A stretch of 64,000 nucleotides of DNA, from positions 806,001 to 870,000 of the forward strand of contig OZ237753.1 of assembly GCA_965178125.1 (NCBI GenBank), given 5' to 3'. Of the stretch, positions 47,517 through 61,100 are shown piece after piece (position 1 is the first letter of the stretch; each line of letters starts with the position of its first letter). The position numbers and the translations under genes are program-made. The stretch is from Bilabrum cf. latius (taxonomy: Eukaryota). The notes under the pieces were generated by a model. It searched no databases. It was not told where the DNA came from and saw nothing but the letters and a program-made list of their open reading frames with translations.

Positions 47517-49163
47517 ATGCGAAGTATCGCATGCATTTTAGGGTTGCCATCAGTAATTTTGGCGCTTGATCTCGGGCACGTCGGTATCTCGATGTCTGCC
47601 TAGTTCGCTAGGAGCTTAAACTAGCCTTGGTAGGCCGCCAATCCATTTCCGCGAACGGTCGGTGACAGCGCGGCGGGATGTCCCTACGTCCCACCGACCT
47701 CAAACCTGTCCCTGGAGCCAACTCTTCCAGCTCCGATCCAGCAGGCACTGCCCTAGATCGATGCCGCGCTTGTGTCCGGGGTCTCGCCGAGTCTGGGAGT
47801 GCCGGGCTGCGTGGTGCAGATCGCCTATCGCGGCGAACCGATCCTGACCAAAGGATACGGCCACATAAACGCGAGCGACGCATCCCCGATACCAGACCCA
47901 GAGCATGGCCTGACGCGAATAGGCTCCGTTTCGAAGCTGCTCCCGACGCTGCTCATGCACGCCATGGCAACGAAGGGCCTTCTGGACCCAGACGAGCCCG
48001 TCGAGGCAAAGGTACCCGAGTTCAAGTACAGGAATCGATTCTCCGGCCAGGTGAAGCCCACCTGGCGCATGCTGGCCGAGCAGCGCTCTGGCTTGCAGCG
48101 GGAGCCCCCGCTCGAGACCACCACGGAGCGCGTCCTCGATGAGCTGGGCGAGCGCCTGCTGGTGTGGCCCCCGGGTACGAGGCCCAGCTACAGCAACCTC
48201 GGCTTCGATCTGCTGGGCCACCTCCTGGCAGAGCGGGTGCTGGACCCGCCCACGACTGTGGAGTAGGCGGTGAGGAAGATGGTGCTGGACCCCGCCGGGC
48301 TCGACAGCACGGGCTTCGACTACTCGAGGCCGGGGGTCAAGGCCCGGCTCATCCCAGGGAACTAGGGCGGGCAGGAGGTCCCATTCGCTGACCTCGGGTG
48401 GGGCTTCCCCGCGGGTTCGGCGTACAGCAGCATGCCCGATCTGACGCGCATGGCCTGGGCTCTCATGCAGCGAGCCAAGGGGGACACAGGCCCGATGGAT
48501 GGCGTGCTGTCCGTGGCAGAGGCCAGGAGACTGCTGGACGTTGACTTCTGGAATCCGGACGGACTCACGCTCATGGGTGCGCCGTGGGAGGTGGAGGTGC
48601 AGGGCCCTCTGCTGGTGAAGCGCAAGGGAGGCAACATACCCGGCTATGCCACGCTCTTCGCTATGGTCCCACAGCTTGACACGACCGTCATGATCGGGTG
48701 GAACGCAGCCCAGAACGAGTTCGGCACGGTCCCAGACGCGGTGTACGAGGCCCTTCTGCCCGCCATCAACCGCAGCCTGATCGAAGCACAGCCACCCTCC
48801 CCCGTGGACCCCTCCCCCCACCCTGGGGACTACACGGGGCAGTACTCGGCACCTGGTGGGATCGTGCTGAACGTGACTCTGCAAGGGGGGCCAGCCCGCA
48901 ACGCCAGCGCGCTTCTGTTCTCTGCTGCCGGTCCCGGGTTTGAAGCGAACTTTCCTTTGAATTGGCTGGGAGAGTCTGCAGGAGGGGACGCGTTCGGAGT
49001 GTGGCTGCCTTCCAACATATATGGCTGCCTTGATGCCGAACTGGAGGCGTTGCAGGGGCAAATTGTGCAGTTCCACCGCAGCAATGAAGAAGGTGGAAAG
49101 GTCTTTGGGGTTGACTTACTCGGGTGGATCCCCGGACTGAGGTTCACCAGGCCCGTGCAGTGA
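47517..49163 (+). CDS. Serine beta-lactamase-like hydrolase (LACTBL1-like), probably secreted (~548 aa; 6 in-frame TAG)
   Basis: SxxK (RIGSVSKLL), YxN (PSYSNLGFDLLG), KGG (KRKGGNIPGY), PAGSAYSSMPDL; hydrophobic N-terminus. TAG 47601, 47622, 47631, 47754, 48264, 48363; TGA 49161-63. Confidence 0.88.
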
Positions 49164-49416
49164 GTGGGTCAATCCGGATGGGGTGGCACCTCTGGGATAG
49201 GATCGGGACAGAGTGAGAGCTTGGCTCGAGCGCCGTACAAAGAGAGAAGTGATACATGGAAATACATCGAATTGCACGTGGCCACTTCAAGCACCGGACA
49301 ACCCCGCCCTCACCAACCGCTTTGCCAAGAGTCTTTGCCATGCTACTGTCCAGGCGATCCAGGTGACCCCTTACCAAGCACCAGCACCAGCACCAAGCAA
49401 TATAGCTACCCACCCC

Positions 49417-51302
49417 TCACCAGTTCTTGACGGGGGCTGTCATCCCCGCCATCTGACCTCCTCTGGTCTCCAGCCTCTTCTGCGTGGACGCCACCTCCCT
49501 CTTGATGTTCCTGCGCATCTCCTTCCTGACCTTCTTGAGGTGCGCTCGGTCGCTGGGCCACACGGCCAGGTAGATGCACGTCAGCAGGTTCATGGCCAGC
49601 AGTATGTAGATGAACACCCGGTACTAAAAGAAGTACTTGAAGAACTGCATGTAACGGATCTGGTACCCGAAGATCTGGTTCGCATCCGTCAGCCGAGCGT
49701 AGTCCGCGAACGCCTCTGTGCAGAACTGCACCACGGGAATGCAGCAGAGCATCACGAGGCCCACGTTGAAGAAGAACGAGTTGGGAAGCGTCCTCCCCTT
49801 GACCATGGGGTGTATCTTGATGAGGAAGAACCTCGACCCGAATTTGGCGTTGCCCTTGAGAACCGACGCCAGAAGGTACATGGCCAGCACGCCCAGCACA
49901 ATCGTCCCGATGAACGAGGCGTACGTGTCGAAGAACGTGAAGAAGCGGTTGAGGAACGGGTGCACGGGCGGATCCACGAGCATGTAGAGGCAGATGTGGA
50001 TGATCCACACGAGGAGGAATGGCACCCCGAGGATCCCGCAGAGCAACTGGCAGTATGCGACCATGGGCTGGCAGCTCTCCGCCTGGGCCTCCTCCTCGGA
50101 GAGCCTCAGCGTCTCGTATCTCTCCTCCAGGTCCATGACCAGCACCCTGTATCTGTTGATGTACAGCTGCTGGTCCTGCTCCGCCTCGATCCGCGCTGCC
50201 CTCCCCCGGATGTTGACCTGCTCCTCGACGATCTCCCTCCCCAGGTCGGAGCCCATCGACACGAGCTCCTTGGCCTCCTTCTCCATGCTCTGCTTCATCT
50301 CAACGCGCATGGACGTGGGCAGTGCGCGAGGCCTCTGCGTGAACGCGATCACGTTGTCGAAGGGGATGCCCACCATCCCGATGCCGCCGTACAGCGCGAA
50401 CAGGAACCAGCCCACGAATGAGATGAGGGCGCCCACAAACACCACGAAGGACACCTGCAGCACCAGGTCAGTTTCCACGAAGCTGCAGCTGCCGGTGCCG
50501 CACGCCTGCTGCGGGTCGAAGCTGTCCGTCGGGTCGAACCACACGGCCGAGTCGCCCACGTCGACCTGCACCGCAGACACGGGGATGGCTGTATCGGATA
50601 GAAAGACGTAGCCCACGCCCATGAGCCCTCCCGCGATGACCAGTACGATCGACGTGTAGCATGCGGCAACCATGGGTGCGCTAGAGGCAACAGATGCGCA
50701 ACAGCAGACGGTGCCCGAGATGCAGTTGCACAGGCAGCAGCACCACCACGGGCAGCCGCAGCACTGGCCGGTGCCCCTTGGCTGCGGCTGGCCTGCCATG
50801 GCCGGGGGAGGGGCATTCTCCAGGTTCTCGTAATAAAAAATAGCATATGGAATTACTACGACGACCAGGGCAGCCACGATAATGTACACTATCTGCCAAA
50901 CAAGGGTGAGGTCCAGGCCACCACACTCGTTGTTCCAGAACCCGCACCCCACGATACCCGACCGGTTGGCCACGTCAAGCGGCAGCAGTAGAACTGTGCA
51001 TTCCGCAATTAAGAGACACAAAATCTGCGACAAGATGATAAACCAAATGGATCGAGGCGGCAGATCGTGGGGCCTAGTATTTCGCACAAGCTTGCTCAGC
51101 CGTATCGGATGGAAGTCGGGGCCACGCGATGAAATTCGTGGCGACTCACCAGCAAAGTCATGGTAGTATAGTCAGCACATCCTCGATACCCAGCAGGGGG
51201 AAGCTGAATAAAGTACAAGACGAACAGCAAGTTGACTGCGATCAGCACCAACGGCACCACGACCGCAATCACGATCAGAAATGGATCATTGATGTCCACC
51301 AT
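49417..51302 (-). CDS. LMBR1/LIMR-family multi-pass membrane protein (exons 51302-51150, 51024-49417; 1 in-frame TAG)
   Basis: VLLLPLDVANR, VIPYAIFYYE, GWFLFALYGGIGMVGIP, KGNAKFGSRFFLIKIHPM, NSFFFN, QFCTEAFADYA. 125-nt GT-AG intron 51025-51149. TAG 49624-26 lies before the last TM helix; TGA 49417-19. Confidence 0.9.
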
Positions 51303-51471
51303 TGCGCGCGCAGCTAAAATCAAGTCAAGTGCAAGGCTGGGGCGCTTTGGGGGGCCAATGGATTTTTTGGAGTGCCTGCTGAGCTGCCGCGAACCTCGCA
51401 GAAAAAGGTTGCAACCGGTCCGGCGGCTGGTCGTTGTCGGGACTAAAATCCAGTGGTAGTTGGTAGCAAGC

Positions 51472-54400
51472 ATGGGAAACATATTTGATTGTGCCTCCAA
51501 TCCACTGGATTCGTCTGTCCATATAGATGATGGCTCGCTAGTGTCAGTTTCTCTGGCGAGATCCGTTCCGTTGCACAGGAGTTGTGTCTGGGACCTTCAG
51601 AAAGCCTTCTATGCTGCTGCTGGGCCACGAGCTTGGGCAAAAGAGACGGTCCCATCGTTCTTAACCACCAATGCGTACTTAGCGAGGGCATATGCCAATG
51701 TTATCCTCGGTGTGATGCACGATTCGTTCGACGGCGATCGGTCGCTGTAGCGGACGTCACCAAAGTACAGGCTCCATGCTGGCCTCCCGCGCGGGTACAT
51801 TTCCCGCAATGGGTAGCCACCAAGTGCGGCAAAGCCAGCGCTGGGCTGCATTGGGCTTTCCGAGCGGGTTGCAGCCCTGGAGTCGCAGCTGAGCTGCGAA
51901 TCGCAGACTGCGGAGAGTGGGTCGGAGGCCCCGTCAGGTTGCGCCACGGAGCCGCCGACGGGAGATCGAGTGCCTTCTTACGCACAGCCGTACAAAGCCC
52001 TAGGCGGCGATCCCTCCCGGCCTTGGGGTGGCTCCTGCTCCGAGCCGATCTACATTCTCGAGGTGGGCGCGGGCCACGGCCGGCTCGCCTTCCTAGTCCT
52101 CGAGTTCCTGCGCCGCTCGAGGGAGTACTTCCCGCGCTGCAGCACCGAAACTGGCATCCCCTTCGTATACGTCATCTCGGACGCGGTGGAAGCGAACGTT
52201 CGCTCGCTGGAACAGAACGAGCAGCTGGCCCCCTTCGCTCGGCTGGGATGTCTTGACTTTGCAGTGGTAGACGCAGATGCAGATGCAGGGATGGGAATGA
52301 GGGGGGCATCCGGGGGTACAGAGGCGAATGGAGGGTCAAGCAGGGCATATGACGAGGTGAGCGTGCTGCTTCGAGCCTGCATGTGGTGCTGTAGTGCCGG
52401 CCTTGTGGATCCGCTGCCAATGCCACATGCACAGCAAGCTGACGGCTGCATGCACTTTGGACTTTATATCACTGATGCGTCATTGTTCTCTCTACTTTGT
52501 TTGCCCCATTTATGCATTCCTTCTTCCTCCCTGCGCAGATCACACTCCGTCGCTCCGGAGTCGTCCTCAAGCCCGGCGCACTGTCGCACCCACTCGTGGT
52601 GGTCGCAAACTACGTGGCCGACAGCCTGAGGCAGGCCGCCTTCCGCATCGATGAGGGGGTCGTGACGAGCGGCGATGTCACGGTGCGCACGCAGATTCCC
52701 GCAAAACCGGAACCCGACCGCGAGGACGGCGAGTCGACGATCAGCAGCCCGCTAGTAGCAGCAGCCAAGGGCACACCGAGTGGCAGCGGTGGCGCTCAAG
52801 CAACGGAGGCCAGCACAGGCAGGAGCAGCCGAGTGCATGGGGCAAGCGGGCTAGACCGCGGCAAGCCGCCTTCCTCCGCCGTCGGTGACCCAGACGGGGC
52901 CAGCCAGAGCCTGCTGCTGCCCAGGTCCCTGCTGCAGGCCCGTCCTCGATTGCAGGTGGGTCAGCAAGACGACGAGATGGTGCGAGCAGCCTGCCTGCCA
53001 GAGCTCGCCCACGATGCCTTCAAATCAGCGGATGTGAGGTGGAGCTTCTCCAGGGAAGTGCTCTCGGCCCAGGACACAGCACCACCGGGACAGGGACAGA
53101 GCCACAGGGAGGAGGGCGGGGGAACTGGTGCCGGTGCGGGCACAGGTGGTGTGGGTGCGGCTGCAACGGGTTCCATCGGCTCGGCAGAGATGCCATCGGT
53201 GTCTGCGATAGACCCGGATCCCGACACCGCAGAGGGTAGGGAGGAGCTCAGGCGGCGGGCGGCAGCCGGTAGGTCGCTGCTGGCGCGCGCAGCCCAGTGC
53301 ACTGGGGGCGACTACGATGCGGCCGCTGTGCTGCTAGAATACGCCGCCCTGCCTGCCCTCAGACGGGGTGCCGACGTGCTGCTGCCCGTGGGAATGTTCC
53401 GGCTGCTGAGGAGGCTCCACTCGATCGCCGGTGGCAAGATGCTGCTGCTCGCGGCGGACAAAGGTCACGTATTCCCCGAGGCATTCGAGAGGGCCCCTGC
53501 TAGCTGTGGCATGCCAGCGGATGCGGGTGGGAAGGGGCCGGCTGGTGGCGGGGTGGGAGTGGGTGCATCCGTCGGTGGTTCGGCAGCCAGCGGCAGCGGG
53601 GCAGTCACGGCCGAGTCGGTCGAGGCACGCTCGGCAGTGGATGGTGCTCTGGTGCGTGGCAGCTCACGGGCGGTGTCACCTGTCTCGCAGAGGATGGCAG
53701 GAGACAGCGCAGTCGGCGGTAGGATTGAGATGACGGCACCGGCATCGGCAGGAATCGCCTCCTCAGATGGTACCCGTGTCCACAGCACCCTCCCCGCAAT
53801 CGGGGCATCCTCCGCTACATAGAGCAGCCCCGTCCCCAGCGCCCTGCACCCCTTCGAGAGGCCGCTCCACGGCGACCCGCACGTCGCCGTGCACGGCAGC
53901 ATCTCGTTCATGACCAACTTCCACGCCCTCGCGAGGTGGTTCCACAGGCGCGGCGGGGAGACCGTGGCCACGGGGCGGCTGGAAGGGCTCAAGGTATTCA
54001 TGGGGTGGGCAGGCGCTCCCGTGGGCGGGGCACCGCGTGCTCGGCTGGCCTTCCAGCAGCACGTAGACCCGAGGGGCTTCGCACCGGAGGATTTCAACGT
54101 GCTGCAGCGAGAGATCAAAACGAAGGTGCCCGGGGCGCCGCTCCGCCTGTGCTTGGCTCTGCTGCGGCTGTCCTCGCACGACACTGAGGTCTACTGGAAG
54201 CTGCACAGGCGCGTCCTGCAGACGTCCAGGGACCCCGAGATGAGCGTGACCGTGGACAGGGATGCGGCCATCGACGTGGGCCGGCTGGCGCAGGGCAACT
54301 TTCCCGTGGTGCAGCGACACGACGTTTTGTTCGAGGCCGGCCGGTGGATGATGGTACTGCGTCGCTTCGACATCGCTGCCCAGCTGCTAGAGAGATCTCT

Positions 54401-54845
54401 GCAGCTGCACGGCGAGCATTACGTGACCCATCACAACCTCGGCATATGCAGGTTCCGGTGCGGGGACGTCGAGGGCGCGCTGGAGGCGTTCGATGCGTGC
54501 CTTAGGCTGAAGCCTAGGTACAAAGAGGCCAGGGCGTGGTTCGACAGAGTGCACGGCAAGCTCTCGGCTACGTTGTCGTCGGGGCAAGGGGGCAGCCGGC
54601 CGCGGCGCCGAGTCAAGAGCGGTGAGAGTGGAGGCGATTCAGGTGCGGGTCGAGGTTATGACCGCACCAGTGGGGACAGCACCACCTCCACTAGTAGGAC
54701 CCACGGGGCCGCGTCCCGGATGAAGTCCGAGGCAGGAGCGATGCTAGGGCACGGGAGGGATGCTGCGGCTGGCCAGGCAGTGGCGAGGGGTCGCGGGTTC
54801 CAAGTGGCGGCGGGGATGGGGCCCAGCCTTGCTGGTGGCATTTGA
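51472..54845 (+). CDS. SAM-dependent methyltransferase-like protein with C-terminal TPRs (exons 51472-52356, 52539-54845; 3 in-frame TAG)
   Basis: WDLQKAFY...VPSFLTTNAYLARAYA, motif I IYILEVGAGHGRL, YVISD, VVVANYVADSL, HGSISFMTNFHAL, and TPR HHNLGICRFRCGDVEGALEAFDACLRLKP. Intron 52357-52538; TAG 51748, 51814, 53820; TGA 54843-45. Confidence 0.82.
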
Positions 54846-55383
54846 TCCGATTGGACTTGAGACACTCGGATCGTTTTGAAATTTGTAAGGGTAATTTTCT
54901 GGACGATGCGTCGGATGCAGCTGTAGACAGCTTGCCAGCCACCTCCTATAGTGACTGGGCGCGAGAACACGAACAGTTGAGGCCGACAGCTAGTCTCCCA
55001 CGGAAGCAGCTCTGCGCGTGCCAGGGGCCCCCAGCAGTGGGGTCCCGGGGCGGCCGATTGATCCATCTCGTCCCACCGACAGCGCCCACGCTCCACCGAG
55101 ACAGATCAACCAGCAGCTCCACCGAGACAGCACCGATGAAAGCAATCGCGCGTCCCGAGAGAGTCAGACAAACCCACACGAAGCACGCGCCCACCATCAT
55201 CGTGCCACCGCGGATTCCTCTTCCTCCTCTTCCCCACGGTGGGGACCAGACCCCACCATCGTTTTCAGGTTCATGAAGCTTCTGCCAGTGGTGCACTCAG
55301 CTCTTCTGGTGCTCGCATTCTGCGACCTTAGGGACAGAATTATGTCTAGATCAGTCGGAGGGGCGATCTGCTGAAACATTAAA

Positions 55384-58155
55384 ATGGTGGAACTTATGTG
55401 GTGCAGTTTGGCTCAAACGGCTGCTGAACAGCGCAATGCTACCAGAATCGCGTCCAGTTGCTTCGTAGGGCTATCCCGACTGGTATCTGAATCATTCGAC
55501 CAACGCAGCGAAGTCCCATTCCCACAAACATGTAAACTAGGTCAAAATGAGGCGGTCGCAGAGGCTAGAAGAGCCCTGGCATTCGCAAGATTGGCCGCAG
55601 ATCGTACCAATAGGGATGCCCAGGAGGCCATCGCCGGGACCTTCGGACCGATGGTCCAGCCGCAGCATGGCCCAGCAGCATATCCTAGTCGCTGGAAGGA
55701 GGCTATAGATGCCATTCATCGGGCCCATCTGCACGCAGCCGAGTGTTTTGCTGCCAGTGGCCGATTGTCGAAGTGCCTTGAATCATGCACTCGTGGTATT
55801 TAGATTGACGTCAGGGCTATGGGTCTTATTACGAGGTCAAGCAGGATGGACTCTCACAAGCTGAGATCAGCGATAGCTGCGTTGGCACTGAAATAGTGCA
55901 TTAATGCTGGGTGGGCTTGCAGCAAGGCTCCTTCTGAGGGTCCAAGCATTGGCACGAAGGCCCGTTCGCAGCACCATCACACAGCATAGAGAATTCAATA
56001 GGCCACCTTGCACTGGACCCAGGTGCTCTTGGACTCGCTTCAGGAAGGTGGACCTCGGCAGTGGCCCATGCAAGGGTAGGCGACGAGCTGGTGCAAGCGA
56101 GCTGCGGCCCTGCCAGCAGTGCCTCGAGGGGCCCGACCAGCAAGCTCGATGCTAGCCGCTTGCGAACATCGGGCAGGGACTGGTGCGTCGGGCAGAGAAT
56201 TCCCGTCATCTAGTGGTACGTGTGGCGGCACTCAACGCATCATACTTCAGCGTAGCCCTCAAGGCGCTGCCCCAGTCAGCCGCACCTCCACGCGGGCAAA
56301 GACAAGCACGGTGGCAGGAGCAGAGACAGCCCCGGCCGATGAAATGAAGCGACTAGCCTCCGAAGTACTCCGCAAGGGTGATCACAGCAAGCGAATTGCA
56401 TGTATAATGCAACATTCCGAGGGTACTCTCGCGTGCGCCTGGCTCATCTGGCACACCAGTAAGGTGCGTGCCCTGCGACCATTGCGGGTGGAGCTGCTGG
56501 CGCACATGGTCCTCGCCGGGAGGAAGGGGGTAAGTGGCATACCCGTAATCCTTTGCAAGTAGCTCGCCGCAGACCTGGGGGCCGCTGGCGACTACGATAG
56601 AGCGTATAGAGTGTACCGTTGCAGCGCCTAGATGGAGCTCACGAACATGGGCTAGACACGCCAGCGCCTGACAGATGGCCCTGCGAGCAGCTCTTCAAGT
56701 TGGCTCCCGTACTCTGCAGCAGAGCTAGAGGCACTACGCACCAAATTTCAACAGAGAACGAGACACAGTTCAGATTTCGAGACTGGAACCAAGAGGAGCT
56801 CATAGCGATTTGCTAGCCCGCTAGAACAACCGGAGGCAGCCCGCTCCGCCACCACGGCAGTGCCAGTGCCAGCTGGTAGAGAGCCGGGCCCGCAGCACAG
56901 CATCGCCGACCTCATGCAAGAGCTCAAATCAATCGAGGCTGCCGAATCAAAAGCAATGGATACCACCACTAGCGAGCTGGTCCGTGTGATGGACGAGTTG
57001 ACGCCAGCAGCTGCCCCGTCCTCAATGGAGGCTCGACAGAGGCAGCGCACCGCAGTCAGCTTCAGGCAGGCCCTCTCACTGCGGCCAGATCCGCAGGCAG
57101 GCACACTAGATGCTAGCACCCACAAAGACTATAGACCCACCGACCTCCTTGGTGGCGAAATGGCTTCGAAGGTAGCGACGGTGCTGCCTCCAGGCGTTAA
57201 TGATGCGGCGCTCGAGCGATCTAGACAGGCGGACGCTGACGCAGCAGTGAGCAACCTCGCGGCTCTGCGGGCCCAGCAAAGGCTGCTGCACACCGCGCGG
57301 GCATCCACGGGGGAAGTTCCTGTCGCGAGGCACTCGTCACCAAGAAGCAGGCAAGCTGTCCCATCCAGAGGGTCTGAGCGATTCGGGTTTAGCTCCAGCT
57401 CGTTCCGGTTCTCTCGCGACACGGCAGCAGCACGTACCCAGCACGAACAATTGAAGCAAGTACGACACACGTGGAATATTACGGGCAATGCCAGCCCGCA
57501 ATAGCTTGAGCCCAGCCCGGAGGCGCTGCAGAGCGGCACCTGGGCCCACGTTGGTACTGTCGGAGCGGGCACTCTGCCCCAGCCTGCAGCAGCCAGGCTT
57601 CGAACCCTCCCGCGAGTCCCAGGCGCAGTCATGGGGCAGGCCCCAGTGCGACTGGGCGATGAAACTGCGCGCGGGATCGATACCCTCATCCGGCAGATTA
57701 GCGACCATTCCGACCATTCCGGCACGCAGACTCGGCTCGACGTCACATCTGCATTCTCGGCTGGCTAGTCGCCGCTGTCTACCAAGCGGGCAGCACACCG
57801 CGCGTCCATGCCGCGGAGCACTCGCCCAGGCCGAGAGCTTGCTGGCCTTGAGGTGGATTGTGGCAGGGGTAATCGCAGTGCACCTGCCCTGCGGCTGAAG
57901 GGTCTGGTCGACGGGAGGCGAAGCGGCATCGCCGAGTGGAGGGCAGAGGTGGGCAGGCTGTGTGATGCGGCGCGGGAGAGACAGGCGAGAGGGGACTTGC
58001 ACAACAGGCCAACAACTGGCAGGCCCTCGAGACTGGCATAGACCCGGACCTTGACTGGCTCGGTGACTCGCGGGGTTGTGGATCCGGTCAAGGTGCGGCA
58101 GGCGCTTGCATTCCAGGAACTAGTCGCGAGAAATACACTCGGAGACACGCAGTGA
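55384..58155 (+). CDS. Hypothetical protein (~923 aa; 12 in-frame TAG)
   Basis: One frame from ATG 55384 to TGA 58153-55, interrupted only by TAG (55801, 55894, 55987, 55999, 56077, 56560, 56629, 56653, 56803, 57502, 57766, 58039). No domain recognised. Confidence 0.68.
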
Positions 58156-58198
58156 AATGATGTAACATGCCCGTTGTTATCAAATAGCCTACGCAATA

Positions 58199-61100
58199 TC
58201 ACAGCTCCGTCACTGCAGACCCAGTGAACTCAGGCTCGTCGGACTCACGCCTCTGAGCTGCTGCTTCCCTGCGCAAGTCATCTTCCGTGGGACCTCCAGC
58301 ACAGCAGCAGCACCACCACGGCGTCGCAGCGGGCGCACTGCTTGCCTTGATTTCTTTAGAGCCACCGGCTAGCTTGGGACCGGTGGTATCTCCCCGCCCC
58401 GGCAGGTCTTGGTCCGCTCCCGCGTGTGCCTTGCCGTCTGCGCCGAAGTACTGCTCGGGCTCGCCGAACCCGTCGTCCACGACTAGCCTCTGACCTCGAT
58501 CAGCATCATACGTGTCGCCTTGTCCATGACTGCTAGCATTACCACCATCGTTTGGTCGTTGGTTCTCCCCTGGATGCTGCTGCTCAGGTGTCGGCAGCTC
58601 GATCATCGTGTCGGTCGAAGATGCAGCACGAGCATCCCTCGAGGGGCGCAGGGCGGTCTGCTCCTCCTTACCTGGCTCGCCCGAGTCTTTGCTGTCTAGC
58701 CGCGGCCTGGATGTGGCCTCCCTGCTAAGCTTGGAACCCTGGCTCCTGACTTCATCGCCGCGCATGCTGTCACCACCCGCGAGCGGCTGCAATCTGGGTG
58801 AGTGCGGCTCACTGTGCTTGCTCCCGGAGAGTCCAGAGGTAGCCCCCGTGCCGCCGCGCTCCCGCCGCAATGCCTCTGCAGCTGCGTCTTCCTCTGCGTC
58901 AACATCCGCGCCGAATGCACCCACGCCTGCGGTTGCGTCAGACACGGCAGACCCCACCGACTCGCGGCTCGAGCGCCCGGTGCGGCCGGTGAGCGCCCTG
59001 TCCCTGCGGAGCGCAGTCCGGGGCGAGCCAGCGCGGGGTGTGGCCACTTGGATCCCAGAACCGCCCATGGCCCCTGTGCCAGCACCGTCTGGCTCGCTAT
59101 CACGGGTGCGTGCCGCTTCGCTGTCTTGCTCCGAGTCAGCATCAACGTCCACGTCCTCGCCATCCAGCTCGGAGCCGATCGATATGCCAGACCTGGCCTT
59201 GCTGTGGAAGGGGGGCATGGTCCGGCCGGGCATCCCTTCGGGGCTGAGGCCTCCAGGGCTCTGCCGATGATGACCGGACCCTCGGCTGGACGGTCGCACA
59301 GGAGCAGCAGGCTGCTCCGCCCCCGCTGGACCGTCTCCACGCCCTGCCGCCTGTGCCGAGCTCTCCATCCCGCTTGGGGGCAGAGACGGCTTGCGAGTCT
59401 CTCCACCGCCCACCTCGTCGTCGTCATCTTCCTCCGCTGCGTCGTGATCGATCCCAAAGTCAAAGCCTTCCTAGCTGAGCCGACGGCTGCTGGACTGCGG
59501 CGTCTCGTATCCACTCCCGAATCCCAGGTCAATCGGGGGGCTTGGCGACTGAGGCGCACGCACCCGCAAGTTGGCGAGCCTGTGCGGCTGGTGCGGCGCT
59601 CCACTGTTTCCATTGGTCGGGGCCGTATCAGGGCGCAGTGCGGTACTAGCCCTGGGTGCACCTGGCAGGCCGCCAGTAGCACCACCCCCGCCTTGCGCCC
59701 GCTCGCCTGCAGTGGCCGACTTGCCGTGCTTGCTGCCCCTACCTCCCTGGGCCGTGTCCTCTCCGTTTCGAATCCCAGTTGCCATATCGACCTCGTCCTG
59801 CCCGCTGGCTCCGGAACCCGCATGTGACGGATCCACACCATGACTGCTCACTACCTCGGAGGTGCTATTTTCTGCGTCTGTTGTCTGACGCTTTCCCACC
59901 TGGTTAGTGTCGCTGCCGGCCGAAGCTACTGCTGCAGCGACCAACGTGATTGAGTTGTCAGTTTCAGAGTCTGTACCGTGCGTTCCACTACTTCTGTCCC
60001 TACTTGATGCTCTGCTTCCATCTTGCTCGCTTTGTGTGGCTCTGCTGATCTCAGTCGACAAGTCACCGGCCTCGTCGACGTCGTGCACAGCGCTGCCGCC
60101 GTCGTCCAAGCCTTGGCCGGCTCCGCCACCACCCACCGGCGGCGCACTCGAATGCGCCACCGAGTGAGCCGTGCCACTCCCCTCCAACTCCTCCGCGGCA
60201 CTACTGTCTGGAAGCGGGGCCAACATCCCGACGCGAGGAACTGCACGACCCCTGTGGCGCCACGCCTCGCTGCCGACGGCTGGGATGGCAGGCTCTGACC
60301 GAGTGCGCAGCTGCAGGGCATGGCGGTTCGGGTTGAGGAGAACTGGGGCAGCAGTGCCTGCCTGGGTACCTCGCCTGAATGCGGATGGAGCTGCAGTTGC
60401 AAGCCGCCGCGCACTCGGAACGAAATCACCGTGCAATCCCCCCGCACCATCGCCCGCACCATCACCGGCAGCTTGATGACCTCGGGCGGCAGACTGCCTC
60501 GGCACATCGCTAGCACCTGCAGCCGCATGCTACCCAGAGCGCCTGCTCTCCGATTTGGAGTCTATGGTAGACACCTCCAGACTGGACAAGCCCACACTAG
60601 AATCCGTGCGCTGCCGCACCTGCGAGTTACTAGGATCCAAGCCGATAGACCCCACGCGGTGCATGTGCGTGTCGGATTCAGCCGGTAGCTCCGGTTGCCC
60701 GTCCTAAAGGAGTATGGGCTGTGCTTGCGCCACCCCCTTGGTTCCGCTACGGCGCCGCCCCGCCTGCTTGCGGGCGATCTCGCTGTAGCCAACCGCACCC
60801 CCCACGCCTTGATGCGGGCCGGGCACTGCTGCGCTGAGGTCGCCGGAGTAGGGCCCTATGGTGCTCCCGCGCGTGATGGCCGAGCCGGAGGTGATCCCGG
60901 AGACGAGGCTTCCCGCAGATGGCTTCCGATCGATGGGAACGTCAGCAGCTGCATCGCCGGCAGATCCTCTGCTGTGCCTACCGCTGCTAGTGCCTGAGCC
61001 CCTGTGCCGCCTGCTGCCGCGCACCTCCAGTCGTCCGGAGTATCGCCTCCTCCCGGACAAACTGCCCTGCGGTGAGGATGGCAGGCCCATCAAGTCATCC

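Noticed and set aside
47700-50421. Antisense ORFs of 458 aa (47700-49076) and 402 aa (49213-50421)
   Set aside because: Mirror frames of the beta-lactamase-like and LMBR1 genes caused by high GC3; no independent motifs.
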